Shown in pieces: positions 1 through 14,704 of a DNA stretch of 64,000 nucleotides (its first letter is position 1; each line of letters begins with the position of its first letter). The position numbers and the translations under genes were made by a program. The stretch comes from Laetmonice hystrix (taxonomy: Eukaryota), in assembly GCA_965235115.1 (NCBI GenBank), contig OZ249436.1:1366001-1430000 (forward strand), written 5' to 3'. Under the pieces are notes generated by a model. That model searched no databases. It was not told the DNA's origin and worked only from the letters and a program-made list of their open reading frames with translations.

Positions 1-67
1 CTGTCCAAGTCACCTAACCACCCCCACCCCCCTCCTAGATCCGCGCCTGCCGCTATCTTCCACGTTT

Positions 68-193
68 GATGATTTTGTTAATGATCTGTAGATATTGTAA
101 CAACGTGTCAACGTTAATGATCTAGTGTAGAGATGATTTTGTTAATGATCTGTAGATATTGTAACAACGTGTCAACGTTAATGATCTAGTGTA
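68..193. repeat. Tandem duplication, 2 x ~64 bp
   Basis: gatgattttgttaatgatctgtag... at 68 and 132. Confidence 0.9.
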
Positions 194-2162
194 CTGTACC
201 TAGCGCGCAAAAAGCCTGTATGTCGTCGCTGCCGTGTGATGCACACAGCGTCCCTGTAATAAAATATTTGAATAAATAAAAAAAACACGGAGTAGACGGA
301 TTCGAATGAAGAGGCAGTCGATCTTGGCTGTGGCTGTCATCGTTATCAAGATCATGATCATTGCAATGGTCATGATGACGAACTCATCGAGGTTCCTGGA
401 GAAATCGTGTCGATCGAATTATTTGATTAAATATGAAAAATTGTGGTTTTATGATGGTTTTGCCCAGAGATGACCCCCATATGTTCTATCTAATTAATCT
501 CACGTGAGCCCGCCAAGACGATTTCCTACCAATGAACCCCCCCACCCCACCCACCCACCCACCACCACCTCCACACACCCACCACCACCACCACCACCTC
601 CACACACCCACCAGCCCCACCCCAAGGCCATCAGCCACGAGTGTTTCTTTCTATCTTCAACATTTAAATTTCACTTGATGACTCCCGCTTTGGTTCACGT
701 TCGATATAAAAATAGACTTTCAAGTTCCCATCATTCGTAGAAAACATTTCTCCTAAACGCTGGCCATTCGACTGGAAACTGTCTAAATCTCCGACCAAGA
801 ATAACACGCCTGGCCGGGCAGCAAGCAAGCAGGACTCATTGCCGCCGCCGATTTCTTTCCCCAACCGTACGATTTTGTTACATTATTTGTAGCACGAAAA
901 TCGGATAAAGAGCATAGTGCATGAACATAACGGTGACAAAAAAAACCTTGTAAATTTCTTGCAGTGCCTCGTCATCCTTTTTGCCTAAAATTGTTTAGTA
1001 ATCTTTGGTCATTTGTTGCCATTCAGCAAATTTATCTATGTGAGGACTTGAATAATCGGTCAAACTGTGGGAAGGCGGGTTTAGCTTAGAAAACTCTGAT
1101 TACTAGGTGTATCATGTATCACCAGGGAATACGTATTCCTTCCCGTACTTCATTTCTCAGCTCTTACACGGAGATTGGTTGACGAAGCCGCAGTAGAAAC
1201 ATAATCTGCCGTATCCCTAGTTCTGCAGATGAAAATGGTGGTTGCCAGTCATCCTGAGACGTTGAAAATGATGAGATTGCCGTTACCATATGACTGAGGG
1301 GCTCCAGCTACCTCATTCCCTGCGGTCCGAGCGTGGTGAAACCCGGCAGGATCTGAGAGATACGGATTGACCACTCGGGTTACTCCATTTAATGTGGAAG
1401 GGTTGCTCCATTTAATGGACGCATCAGCTTCTCGGAATCCAGGTCTTCCTGTCCGCTTGGCAAGCACAAAGGTCATGCTTGATCTGAATCTTTAATAAAA
1501 GCGCGTTAGAAATTGGTTTGGCACCTTGCCAGATTTGCCTTCTCTAACGAGACAAACATGAGGTTGCGAGCGAGCGAGCGAGCGAGTGAGTGAGTGAGTC
1601 AGTGAGTGAGTCTTAAGGTTTGAATAAGTCTTAAGAATAAGTCTTAAGGTTTGAATCTTAAGACTCGGTTTGCACACTAAAAAAAAATATTTTCGGTTAA
1701 AGGTTCGCTTCTTTATTCCCGAACTGTCACGGATGTAGGACAAATGTTTATTGTTGGTAAGGTCCTTACCTCCTTACCTGACCTTACCTAGAGAAAGAAT
1801 GTCATCTCATTTCAGAGCAAAGGTAGAGTCAGGTTACTTAAATCTTGCCCACGGTCACGCACTTAATCAAACCTAAAAAAAAACATGTTGGATATTATTG
1901 AAACATTTGAATTCAGACGTTGTATTTTCTATTACATTTATTAATCTCATAAGTAATCCCTGTCGTACTTTCTGCCAATTTTTATCTCAAAGTAGGCCTT
2001 CCAAAGTTTATAATGAAACGTCAATGGCCACAGTTTGAGTTTGTCGGAGAACGTGAAGTTCAGATGATTAGGTTTCACATCTATATAACATTACAGAAGG
2101 ACATCACAATACAGCGAATAAATGGAGTAGGCGTTCTGGCGATTCACCTCCACATCGACCTG

Positions 2163-2279
2163 AGACCTGATTCACAAAGCACACGCAAGGCTTACGTGAC
2201 CGCAAAACTATTATCCTCCCGTTGTTTAATAATAGTTTGCGGGTCCGCAAGTCTTGCGTGTCCTTTGTGAATAAGGTCC
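2163..2279. mobile_element. PIF/Harbinger-type MITE
   Basis: Imperfect TIRs agacctgattcacaaagcacacgcaag / cttgcgtgtcctttgtgaataaggtcc, with CTG duplication on both sides. Confidence 0.75.
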
Positions 2280-2298
2280 CTGGAGTCCTCCTTGCTGC

Positions 2299-2805
2299 GT
2301 CTGGTCTGAACACCCCCACACAGGTAATGAGGGCATTGTCTGGTCTGAACTCCCCCACACAGGTAGTGAGGGCATTGTCTGGTCTGAACTTTCACACACA
2401 GGTAATGAGGGCATTGTCTGGTCTGAACTCCCCCACACAGGTAATGAGGGCATTGTCTGGTCTGAACTCCCCCACACAGGTAATGAGGGCATTGTCTGGT
2501 CTGAACTCCCCCACACAGGTAATGAGGGCATTGTCTGGTCTGAACTCCCCCACAGGTAATAAGGGCATTGTCTGGTCTGAACTCCCCCACACAGGTAATG
2601 AGGGCATTGTCTGGTCTGAACTCCCCCACACAGGTAATGAGGGCATTGTCTGGTCTGAACTCCCCCACACAGGTAATGAGGGCATTGTCTGGTCTGAACT
2701 CCCCACACAGGTAATGAGGGAATTGTCTGGTCTGAACTCCCCACACAGGTAATGAGGGCAGTGTCTGGTCTGAACTCCCCCACATGAGGGCATTGTCTGG
2801 TCTGA
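2299..2805. repeat. Minisatellite, 39-bp unit, ~13 copies
   Basis: gtctggtctgaactcccccacacaggtaatgagggcatt. Confidence 0.95.
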
Positions 2806-3764
2806 GACAAGACAAAATCTCTCCGACGACCATCTTTAAGGCGACAACTACTATTATTAAGGTTTTATCCATCACTTCTGAATTTGCCCCTTTCCAAATG
2901 AAAAAAGGAAACAGCCTCCTTGGCCCCCTCTGTCGCTCTGCCATCAGTGGTGACATCACAACTACAGCTTGAAATGCGTCACGGCTGTTATTTCCCGGCC
3001 TCCCGTTTGTAGTTATCAAGTGTCACCATCCAAACCTTTGATGTTCCTCACCTCTATCCGACTATGTCCTCAGTCGAGCTTTCACAGAACTCGTCCTCAT
3101 GCCCTCGTAAAGAGTCCTGTCTTTAATACATTCAGCCACATCATACTGTTCAAACAGTAGCATTCTCGACGAGAGAGGTTAACCTCAGGCCTGTGATTTC
3201 TCTGGTTTTTGTCGGATTTCTGTTTTTTTTATGTCAAAAAGTTATCCCTCACATGTGATTGGTGCAAATCCGTTGAGATCTTATAATGCATATGTAGGGA
3301 GGTGGGGGTAAAACTTGTCCAAATTGGTCAAAACTCGTCAGGGAATGGTTGGAAATCATTCCAGTTTTAACATAAATAAAACCTCCAAAATGCATCAGAC
3401 TGCACAATTTTAAACATGAAATTGTCACATTTTTCGCTGAGTTAGGGCGCATCCCTCCCTCACCCCGAGTCTGCGAGTTGCGCCACAAAAGTTTAGGTTT
3501 TCACCCCGAGTCTGCGAGTTGCGCCACAAAAGTTTAGGTTTTCCCCCTTTCACCTGATCATACCCGTGTACATCTATACTATACATCCTCACAGTCCCTC
3601 TGTAATAACTTAAACCACTTAGCACCGACATCAATGACACAATTTATCCCCTTCTAGGAAATGTGGTTTTTAGTCTCCCCGACCGCGCACGCAGGATGTT
3701 ACAGGATGCTCACAGAGCGACTCTTCAGCTAATAGCAAGTCAACTGCTGGCTGAGCAGCCAGAT

Positions 3765-4235
3765 GTGATGTGGTAAAGTCACCCCGTGGTAAAGTGACCC
3801 GGGGTAAATTTACCACGTGGTAAATTGACCCCCGGGTCCCTTTACCACAGTGGAAAAGTGACACCCCCCCCCCCCCGTGGAAAAATGACCCATCATGTTG
3901 AATAACATAGATATTTGGCATAACGTCTTTAGATTTGAATCTATCGTGATTTTCCTGCTTCTTGGTATCTTTCAACAGTTTTTAAGCCTGTAGTATACTT
4001 ACTTTGCCGACTTACGCAATTTGCAAATTGAGCATTATGACAAATTGAGTAGGACATGAACAAAAACATGTTTTGTATCCTTTCCATAGTAATAAAAAAT
4101 AAACCATACATACAGAAGAAGAAATATCGTAACTTTTCATTGAGGGTCAGATTACCACAGAGGGGGGCACTTATCCACTGTGGAAAAGTCACCCTGGGGG
4201 GCAATGTACCACGTGGGTCAGTTTTCGATGCGCCA
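3765..4235. mobile_element. Degenerate foldback-type DNA element
   Basis: Clusters of gtggtaaagtgaccc-like motifs at the left end and their inverse at the right end, around an AT-rich core. Confidence 0.4.
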
Positions 4236-4244
4236 AGGGCCCCT

Positions 4245-5215
4245 ACATGTATTGGCTGGCCTTAGACTGGAGCAAACACTGCAGTGAGGACTCCTACATA
4301 TATTGACTGAGCTTAGACTGAAGCAAACACTAGAGTGAGGTCTCCCAACATGTACTGTATGGCCTTATACTCGAGCACACACTACAGTGAAAGCTCCCCA
4401 CATGTATTGACTGGCCTTATACTCGAGCAGACACTACACTGAGGGCTCTCCACATGTACTGACTGGCATTATACTGCAGCAAACACTACAGTGAGGGCTC
4501 CGCACATGTACTGACTAGCCTTACATTCGAGCAAACACTACAGTGGGGGCTCCCTACATGTATTAACTGGCCTTACACTCGAGCAAACACTACAGTGAGG
4601 GCTCCCTACATGTATTGACTGCCCTTGGGCTAGAGCAAACACTAGAGTGAAGGCCCCCTATAGATATGTATTGACTGCCCTTCGGCTGGAGCAAACAGTA
4701 CAGTGGAGCAAACACTGCAGTGAGGGCCCCTACATGTATTGACTGAGCTTAGAGTAAAGCAAACACTACAGTGAGGGCTCCATACATGTACTGACTGGCC
4801 TTATACTGGAGCAAACACTACAGTGAGCGCCCCTTACCTGTATGGAATGGCCTTGGGCTGAAGCAAACACTAAAGTGAGGGCTCCCTACATGTATTGACT
4901 GGCCTTATACTCGAGCAAACACTATAGTGGGGGCTCCCTACATGTATTGACTGGCCTTATACTCGAGCAAACACTAAAGTGAGGGCTCCCTACATGTATT
5001 GACTGGCCTTATACTCGAGCAAACACTATAGTGAGGGCTCTCTACATGTATTGGCTAGCCTTAGACTGGAGCAAACACTACAGTGAGGGCTCTCTACATG
5101 TATTGGGTGGCCTTAGACTGGAGCAAACACTACAGTGAGGGCTCTCTACATGTATTGGCTGGCCTTAGACTGGAGCAAACACTACAGTGAGGGCTCTCTA
5201 GATGTATTGACCGGC
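4245..5215. repeat. Minisatellite, 52-bp unit, ~18 diverged copies
   Basis: gagcaaacactacagtgagggctccctacatgtattgactggccttatactc. Confidence 0.95.
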
Positions 5216-5774
5216 AAGAGGAGAGCATGTCGGCCGTTTCCGATCCGGAAGTCGTACGATCCGGTGTGACTGAGGCTTCAGTGAATCAGACCTGTTTTGA
5301 ACATATTATTTTTATAGTCCAGTTATGATCATATTGATCACATTTTAGGCCTATGCCTAATATAATATGTGTTTACTCGAAGCTACTCGGGGGATTTTTC
5401 TGCGAGTATATGTATACTAATCGTTGTGTAGGCTACTCGCGCGAACTCGCAGGTGTTTCTCACCCAGTTAGCAATATGTTTGTATCTATGGAAACACGGC
5501 ATTATTAAAACTTGAGATAATTGGTCACGAAGTGTCTCTTTCAAACGTCATTCACCCTGTGACCATCCACTCAAGATAGCTCGCAACATCATGGATCATT
5601 TACAAGTCTTGTCGATGCATAATGAGGAAACATATCAGGTTTAGGAGAATTGAGAACTATCTCCGAACTCACGATCTCACAAGGTAAGGCAATATACCGA
5701 TACAAGCTACAGCGTGTTGGCATTTAGCACACCCACAGTTTGCCATTTGTGTCTACAGCGTATTGGCATTTAGC

Positions 5775-6739
5775 ACACCCACCTCAAGAGGGAGAATCAC
5801 TGTCTGTAGATCCACGCCCTCACAGATGGACAATCACTGTCTGTGGATCGACCCACTCACAGTGGGAGAATCACTGTCTGTAGATCTACGCCCTCACAGA
5901 GGGAGAATCACCGTCTGTGGATCTAGCCACTCACAGAGGGAGAATCGCTGTCTGTAGATCCACGCCCTCACAGAGGGAGAATCGCTGTCTGTAGATCTAC
6001 CCACTCACAGAGGGAGAATCACTGTCTGTAGATCCACGCCCTCACAGAGGGAGAATCACTGTCTGTAGATCTACGCCCTCACAGAGGGAGAATCACTGTC
6101 TGTAGATCCACGCCCTCACAGAGAGAGAATCACTGTCTGTGGATCTAGCCACTCACAGAGGGAGAATCACTGTCTGTAGATCCACGCCCTCACAGATGGA
6201 GAATCACCGTCTGTGGATCCACGCCCTCACAGAGGGAGAATCACCGTCTGTGGATCTAGCCACTCACAGAGGGAGAATCACTGTCTGTAGATCTAGCCAC
6301 TCACAGAGGGAAAATCACTGTCTGTAGATCTACCCACTCACAGAGGGAGAATCACTGTCTGTAGATCTACCCACTCACAGAGGGAGAATCACTGTCTGTG
6401 GATCCACGCTCTCACAGAGGGTGAATCACTGTCTGTAGATCTACCCACTCACAGAGGGAGAATCACTGTCTGTAGATCTACCCACTCACAGAGGGAGAAT
6501 CACTGTCTGTGGATCCACGCTCTCACAGAGGGTGAATCACTGTCTGTAGATCTACCCACTCACAGAGGGAAAATCACTGTCTGTAGATCTACCCACTCAC
6601 AGAGGGAAAATCACTGTCTGTAGATCTACCCACTCACAGAGGGAAAATCACTGTCTGTAGATCTACCCACTCACAGAGGGAGAATCACTGTCTGTAGATC
6701 TACCCACTCACAGAGGGAGAATCACTGTCTGTAGATCCA
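5775..6739. repeat. Minisatellite, 37-bp unit, ~26 copies
   Basis: cacagagggagaatcactgtctgtagatctacccact. Confidence 0.95.
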
Positions 6740-8617
6740 GGTCCTAAGAGACGAAAAATCTCTACTGTGGATCAATTCCCTCGCAGAAGGAGACCCCCCC
6801 CCCCCCTAGCGGATCAAGGCAGGATACTTACGCCGTAGATATGACGTGAATGACATTTTATTTGGGTCTACATCGTGGCGTTAGTGTTTGGTCTTCATTC
6901 GTCCTATTAGCAAAGTTAAGCATGGTCTTATTTAAAACTAAAATCCAACTAATCCTATAAAAGACACTTGTCTGGTTGCCCCCGCAGATTTATCTGAGCA
7001 GAGTTAAATTTTCCTGTCTGCAATTAAATAGAAACTTCCAATCCTCGAGCGCACTCTTTAATTGATAACAATTATACACCGGGAAAATATTATCACGATC
7101 ATAAGTTGCACAGCGAGAGAGAGTCTGTAATGATGTATAAACAGAAAAACATATCTATATAATTACCCATTCTATCTACGTTCAAGTTATAGCAAAACAG
7201 TTTGTTGTTAACGTCATCTACATTTGAAAATGGAAATGGCATTACTCGAGAAACTTTGTAACTTGTCCAACTATTTACGAGGCGTAGATTTCTACAACTT
7301 TCTCAGTGCCCTAAACTAATCATGACTCCGATTTCATTGTACGAGATTGGGATTGTTGAGATGAGGTGTGACGATGACTACCCCGCCTCGTTCTGTCCTC
7401 TACCTGTATAAGGTTACACCACTGATAGGGTTAACACGTGATAATTAAGGCTGACATTGATCGTATGAGTTTCCAGGTGAAGATGATACGATGCCATGTG
7501 GCTGGATCAGTCCCGCGTGTCCTTTGTCCAGCCGTTCGGACAGTTCACCACAGCAGGACGGACTCCCATTCATTATGGTCGAACGGTTGGTTAGCAGCAG
7601 GCTCCTCGGACTGGTCTTTTATCGAAGTAGAAGTTAGAGCTATCAAATTTGAAATCTTCTCGCCAAAAGCAATTTCCTTCCTAATTTATTTTCTTTTAGT
7701 CCGAATTGGTCGTTAACCTATGCCATAGCTCAGTGGATTAACTATTGGTCGTTGACCTATGCCATAGCTCAGTGGACTAACTATATCGTTGCTAACAGCA
7801 TAATTAACCCAATTCAACAGAGGCAACTTGGAGAGATCATATCATGGGTGACCTTTGTCGCTTTGCAGGAGTTCTGTCTATGTAAAGGTGATTTAACGAT
7901 TCTAAATCGGCTTGCCGCTAACAGTTGATCAACAACCACATTATTCACAGCTAGAGTCCCTTGTTTTATGAGAGTAACATTTTTAAAGGAGTATTAAGTG
8001 ATGTGGGTGAGAGGTAGGACTTTCCTTACCTTCATCAACTTCCCCGTTGGGACCCGGGATAAAATAGGTGCCTTTAATTTTATTGGCTTTTAACTCTGTT
8101 TTCGCCGTGAAGATGCCCCGGATGCCGACACGGCGCAAAACCACCACTACTCACTCACTCACCTTCATCAACTCAAAACACACCTAACATGTCTACATGA
8201 TACCCAAAGTTATTGAATCCGCTGTCGTAATTACATTTGCTAGCGCTCTCATCGATACCCCAAGGTTGAGAAAGATAGATGTTTCATCATTCCAGTTCGC
8301 ACCCATTTGGAGGAATTGTTTTTCGATCGAGTTAAGGGTTACCTTGCATACAGTCCACTGCGGCGTACATGGACGTCGAGATTATGGGATTGTCTTATGG
8401 AGTGAACCTACTCCTCACCAATAAATACCCCAGCAGCCTGGGACAGAACAGTCTACTGTCAGCTAGAATGACTAAACTCCGAACATGTTTGACCAACTAC
8501 AAAAAATGATAATACCTAAAAAAGCGTAAAGCCTTCATGCATGGTGGCGGGTCTAAGTCCTACCGTTCGAAGATCATTTGGATAACACACGAATAACCCA
8601 CTGCGAGGATTGATTAT

Positions 8618-8892
8618 TACGGAGTCTGTAGAGGACATGAAGGAAAATAATGTTGTGGTGATCTCGAAATTACCACTTAATGACGTCATTAACTCGTTAT
8701 TATGACTTAATACGTCACTAAGTGGTAATTTCGAGATAACCACAAAATGTTTCTCTGAAACGAACGCAATTAACTCGTAATAACGACTTAGTGACGCCAT
8801 TAAGTCGTAATATTGAGTTAGTGACGTCACTAAGTGGTAATTTCGAGATCACTAGAATTTTTTTCTCTTCATGTCCCCAACAGGGCTCCGTA
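8618..8892. mobile_element. MITE, copy 1 (TACGGAG...CTCCGTA family)
   Basis: TIR tacggag...ggacatgaag, internal ttattacgacttaatgacgtcac-type repeats, related copy at 17556-18000. Confidence 0.75.
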
Positions 8893-9328
8893 GATTTAGA
8901 ACCTTGTCGCAGATTGAGGCCACTGATGAAGAACGGGTTTTATTGCTACAGCCTTTTAGAAGAGTCGAACCACACTCATCGTCCCGCAACTCTCCAAAGC
9001 GTCAGTCTCCAGACTACAACCGACCGTGGAGTCCGGTGTCGTAGGGCAGTTATATTCCCACAATGGTGGTAATTGCCATGACCGGCTCCAGTCTGGGGAC
9101 ACAGAAAGGATCTGTATAACATCCTCCACTTTCTCCTACGTTATTACCAACGTTCAGGCGAGTTTAAAAGTGTTTAAATACCACTACTAAAGGTCTAAAG
9201 TAAGCAATTCAAGTTTATCCTAATACAGCATTTGGTTTAGTGAAAATAAATGGATATTTGAAAATTGCACACCAAAATTGCGAGCTCTCTCGACATTGCA
9301 AGCGCACGTGTGTAGGTCTTGATACAAA

Positions 9329-9618
9329 TTACAGTGTCAGTGGTAGGGTCAGGCTATTGCTAGACGCTCTATTATTTTACAGTGTCAGTGGTAGGGTCAG
9401 GCTATTGCTAGACGCTCTATTATTTTACAGTGTCAGTGGTAGGGTCAGGCTATTGCTAGACGCTCTATTATTTTACAGTGTCAGTGGTAGGGTCAGGCTA
9501 TTGCTAGACGCTCTATTATTTTACAGTGTCAGTGGTAGGGTCAGGCTGTTGCTAGACGCTCTATTATTTTACAGTGTCAGTGGTAGGGTCAGGCTATTGC
9601 TAGACGCTCTATTATTTT
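9329..9618. repeat. Minisatellite, 48-bp unit, 6 copies
   Basis: ttacagtgtcagtggtagggtcaggctattgctagacgctctattatt. Confidence 0.95.
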
Positions 9619-10001
9619 GTCTTTGTGTTGCTTCCCAGTGGCGTACAAAGAAGTGCAAGCGGGCATCGACTGCGACACAAGTCCCTATGGATCTATAGCC
9701 CACATTCGCCACCAGGGGCGTAGGTCGCCTTTTACAAAGTATGGGACCCGTAGAATGCCAGCAAGTACCGAAGCTCCTAATAAGCTACGCTCCGCGGGGT
9801 TCTGGGCATGCTCAAGCCAGACAATTTCCCATAATGCAGAGGGGCTTGCTCCACTACCCCTCTGCCACACCTCACTTTTACGGACAGGATCGGTACCTAC
9901 ACGTTAAACTCGTTTTGTATCGATATTTTTACATTCGTTTCGATTTATCTTAACGGACTTAAATAATCGTGATGCTCCGGTTTATTCAGCATTTCAGCTT
10001 T

Positions 10002-10278
10002 AAAAGTCACCAAACCTAGACATCCTACATCCTTGGATAGCTCTAAAAGTCCCCAAACCTAGACATCCTTGGATAGCTCTAAACGTCACCAAACCTAGAC
10101 ATCCTTGGATAGCTCTAAACGTCACCAAACCTAGACATCCTTGGATAGCTCTAAACGTCACCAAACCTAGACATCCTTGGATAGCTCTATAAGTCACCAA
10201 ACCTAGACATCCTTGGATAGCTCTATAAGTCACCAAACCTAGACATCCTTGGATAGCTCTATAAGTCACCAAACCTAG
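10002..10278. repeat. Minisatellite, 36-bp unit, ~7 copies
   Basis: gtcaccaaacctagacatccttggatagctctataa. Confidence 0.95.
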
Positions 10279-10476
10279 GGTTTGCCATTTAGGGGCCATT
10301 TTAAGGCATTATATGTTGTGGATTCATCGCTCAACGGGTTCAAAACGGCGGGAATGGCTCAAAACGGCGGGAATGCTTAGAAAAAATCTATGCTCTGTGG
10401 GAGCAGGGGGATCCGGACCCCCTGGACCCCCCACCCCTGAACACGCGCCTGTGTTATGGAGGAGGTGAGAAATCTG

Positions 10477-10587
10477 CCCTGGGGCGTCTTACTAAGGTCT
10501 GGTTATTAACGATATCGTTAAATTACATAGGAGCCAATGAGAGCCCGACTGGTTATTAACCAGACCTTAGTAAGACGGACCCCAGGG
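10477..10587. mobile_element. Short palindromic MITE (Harbinger-like)
   Basis: ~30-bp inverted ends ccctgggg(c/tcc)gtcttactaaggtctggtta. Confidence 0.65.
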
Positions 10588-11129
10588 TGGCATGCATTCC
10601 CGTCACGTCTGATGTGCCATGCCTTGAAATGTGAACGGCCTCTTTTCTTGGCAGGCTTCTTGTTTTAATTTGATTAAGGCACGGTTCCAATTCAATAATA
10701 ATTTGTTTAAATCAATTACTAGATTTGAACTTCTTCAGTGAAAAGCAATGCTTGAAGGAAAATGAAAGATTTGCCCGAATAATGGACTGAAATGATTCGT
10801 GCTGCTCCGAGGACGAGGGTCAACATTTGTGGGAGACATTTTAGACAGTCTCATAAATCTTCTTTTATCTAGAACTTTAATTAACATGAACTTTAATTAA
10901 TTCAAATAAAGATATGATTTGTGGTGTCATTCACCACGAGCCGTACTTGTGACTGCAGTAGGCAGTCCAATGTGGATTATAATTGCTAATTTAGTTTTGC
11001 GATAAGAAGTTTAAAATCATGAGACAACCCACGCACTTCCAAAGTAGATCATTGTCCCGAAAACCCTTCTCACGCGGTTCCTCCTAGCATTATGGTTGTT
11101 GACAGCTGATGACTGCTTCATAAAAATAC

Positions 11130-14100
11130 CCCTCACCTAACAGGTTCCCGTTCACATACACACACACCCTCCGACCCTCACCTAACAGGTTCCCGTTCAC
11201 ATACACACCCTCCCGACCCTCACCTAACAGGTTCCCGTTCACATACACACCCTCCCGACCTTCACCTAACAGGTTCCCGTTCACATACACACCCACCCTC
11301 CCGACCCTCACCTAACAGGTTCCCGTTCACATACACACACACCCTCCGACCCTCACCTAACAGGTTCCCGTTCACATACACACCCTCCCGACCCTCACCT
11401 AACAGGTTCCCGTTCACACCCACCCTCCACCCTCCCGACCCTCACCTAACAGGTTCCCGTTCACATACACACCCACCCTCCCGACCCTCACCTAACAGGT
11501 TCCCGTTCACATACACACCCACCCTCCCGACCCTCACCTAACAGGTTCCCGTTCACACACACACCCACCCTCCCGACCCTCACCTAACAGGTTCCCGTTC
11601 ACATACACACACACCCTCCGACCCTCACCTAACAGGTTCCCTTTCACATAAACACACACCCTCCGACCCTCACCTAACAGGTTCCCGTTCACATACACAC
11701 ACACCCTCCCGACCCTCACCTAACAGGTTCCCGTTCACACACACACCCTCCGACCCTCACCTAACAGGTTCCCGTTCACATACACACCCTCCGACCCTCA
11801 CCTAACAGGTTCCCGTTCACATACACACACACCCTCCGACCCTCACCTAACAGGTTCCCGTTCACATACACACCCTCCGACCCTCACCTAACAGGTTCCC
11901 GTTCACATACACACCCTCCGACCCTCACCTAACAGGTTCCCGTTCACATACACACACACACTCCGACCCTCACCTAACAGGTTCCCGTTCACATACACAC
12001 CCACCCTCCCGACCCTCACCTAACAGGTTCCCGTTCACATACACACCCACCCTCCCGACCCTCACCTAACAGGTTCCCGTTCACATACACACCCACCCTC
12101 CCGACCCTCACCTAACAGGTTCCCGTTCACACACACACCCACCCTCCCGACCCTCACCTAACAGGTTCCCGTTCACATACATACACACCCACCCTCCCGA
12201 CCCTCACCTAACAGGTTCCCGTTCACATACACACACACCCTCCCGACCCTCACCTAACAGGTTCCCGTTTACATACACACCCACCCTCCCGACCCTCACC
12301 TAACAGGTTCCCGTTCACATACACACACACCCTCCCGACCCTCACCTAACAGGTTCCCGTTCACATACACACCCTCCCGACCCTCACCTAACATGTTCCC
12401 GTTCACATACACACACACCCTCCGACCCTCACCTAACAGGTTCCCGTTCACATACACACACACACCCTCCGACCCTCACCTAACAGGTTCCCGTTCACAT
12501 ACACACCCTCCGACCCTCACCTAACAGGTTCCCTTTCACATACACACCCACCCTCCCGACCCTCACCTAACAGGTTCCCGTTCACATACACACCCACCCT
12601 CCCGACCCTCACCTAACAGGTTCCCGTTCACATACACACCCTCCCGACCCTCACCTAACAGGTTCCCGTTCACATACACACACACACACCCACCCTCCCG
12701 ACCCTCACCTAACAGGTTCCCGTTCACATACACACCCTCCCGACCCTCACCTAACAGGTTCCCGTTCACATACACACCCTCCGACCCTCACCTAACAGGT
12801 TCCCGTTCACACACACACCCTCCCGACCCTCACCTAACAGGTTCCCTTTCACATACACACACACCCTCCGACCCTCACCTAACAGGTTCCCGTTTACATA
12901 CACACCGACCCTCCCGACCCTCACCTAACAGGTTCCCGTTCACATACACACCCTCCCGACCCTCACCTAACAGGTTCCCGTTCACATACACACACACCCT
13001 CCGACCCTCACCTAACAGGTTCCCGTTCACATACACACCCTCCCGACCCTCACCTAACAGGTTCCCGTTCATATACACACCCTCCCGACCCTCACCTAAC
13101 AGGTTCCCGTTCACACACACATCCTCCCGACCCTCACCTAACAGGTTCCCGTTCACATACACACCGACCCTCCCGACCCTCACCTAACAGGTTCCCTTTC
13201 ACATACACACCGACCCTCCCGACCCTCACCTAACAGGTTCCCGTTCACATACACACCCACCCTCCCGACCCTCACCTAACAGGTTCCCTTTCACATACAC
13301 ACCGACCCTCCCGACCCTCACCTAACAGGTTCCCGTTCACACACACACCCTCCCGACCCTCACCTAACAGGTTCCCGTTCACATACACACCCACCCTCCC
13401 GACCCTCACCTAACAGGTTCCCGTTCACATACACACCCTCCCGACCCTCACCTAACAGGTTCCCGTTCACATACACACCCACCCTCCCGACCCTCACCTA
13501 ACAGGTTCCCGTTCACACACACACCCTCCGACCCTCACCTAACAGGTTCCCGTTCACATACACACCCACCCTCCCGACCCTCACCTAACAGGTTCCCGTT
13601 CACATACACACCCTCCCGACCCTCACCTAACAGGTTCCCGTTCACATACACACCCTCCCGACCCTCACCTAACAGGTTCCCGTTCACACACACACCCTCC
13701 GACCCTCACCTAACAGGTTCCCGTTCACACACACACCCTCCCGACCCTCACCTAACAGGTTCCCGTTCACACACACACCCTCCGACCCTCACCTAACAGG
13801 TTCCCGTTCACACACACACCCTCCCGACCCTCACCTAACAGGTTCCCGTTCACATACACACCCACCCTCCGACCCTCACCTAACAGGTTCCCGTTCACAT
13901 ACACACCCACCCTCCCGACCCTCACCTAACAGGTTCCCGTTCAGATACACACCCACCCTCCCGACCCTCACCTAACAGGTTCCCGTTCACATACACACCC
14001 TCCCGACCCTCACCTAACAGGTTCCCGTTCACATACACACCCACCCTCCCGACCCTCACCTAACAGGTTCCCGTTCACATACACACCCACCCTCCCGACC

Positions 14101-14704
14101 CTCACCTAACAGGTTCCCGTTCACATACACACCCACCCTCCCGACCCTCACCTAACAGGTTCCCGTTCACATACATACACACCCACCCTCCCGACCCTCA
14201 CCTAACAGGTTCCCGTTCACATACATACACACCCACCCTCCCGACCCTCACCTAACAGGTTCCCGTTCACATACATACACACCCACCCTCCCGACCCTCA
14301 CCTAACAGGTTCCCGTTCACATACACACCGACCCTCCCGACCCTCACCTAACAGGTTCCCGTTCACATACATACACACCCACCCTCCCGACCCTCACCTA
14401 ACAGGTTCCCGTTCACATACACACCCACCCTCCCGACCCTCACCTAACAGGTTCCCGTTCACATACACACCCACTCCGACCCTCACCTAACAGGTTCCCG
14501 TTCACATACACACCCACCCTCCCGACCCTCACCTAACAGGTTCCCGTTCACATACACACACACCCTCCCGACCCTCACCTAACAGGTTCCCGTTCACATA
14601 CACACCCACCCTCCCGACCCTCACCTAACAGGTTCCCGTTCACATACACACACACCCTCCCGACCCTCACCTAACAGGTTCCCGTTCACATACACACCCA
14701 CCCC
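11130..14704. repeat. Minisatellite, ~41-52-bp unit with variable CA-rich linker, ~80 copies
   Basis: Constant ccgaccctcacctaacaggttcccgttcaca plus (ca)n/ccaccct linker. Confidence 0.97.

Noticed and set aside
1249..1484. 75-aa minus ORF with a possible acceptor
   Set aside because: Protein-like, but no recognisable motif and no partner exons.
1755..1800. Minus-strand ttctttctctag|gtaagg, resembling a recursive splice site, with three gtaagg words
   Set aside because: No host gene identified; lies in a palindromic, transposon-like context.
7457..7585. Possible plus-strand exon (MWLDQSRVSFVQPFGQFTTAGRTPIHYGRT)
   Set aside because: Weak donor, no downstream exon, no family motif.
11130..14704. 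CRISPR-like constant repeat with variable spacers
   Set aside because: The spacers are short slippage variants of one CA-rich sequence; no cas genes; eukaryotic context.
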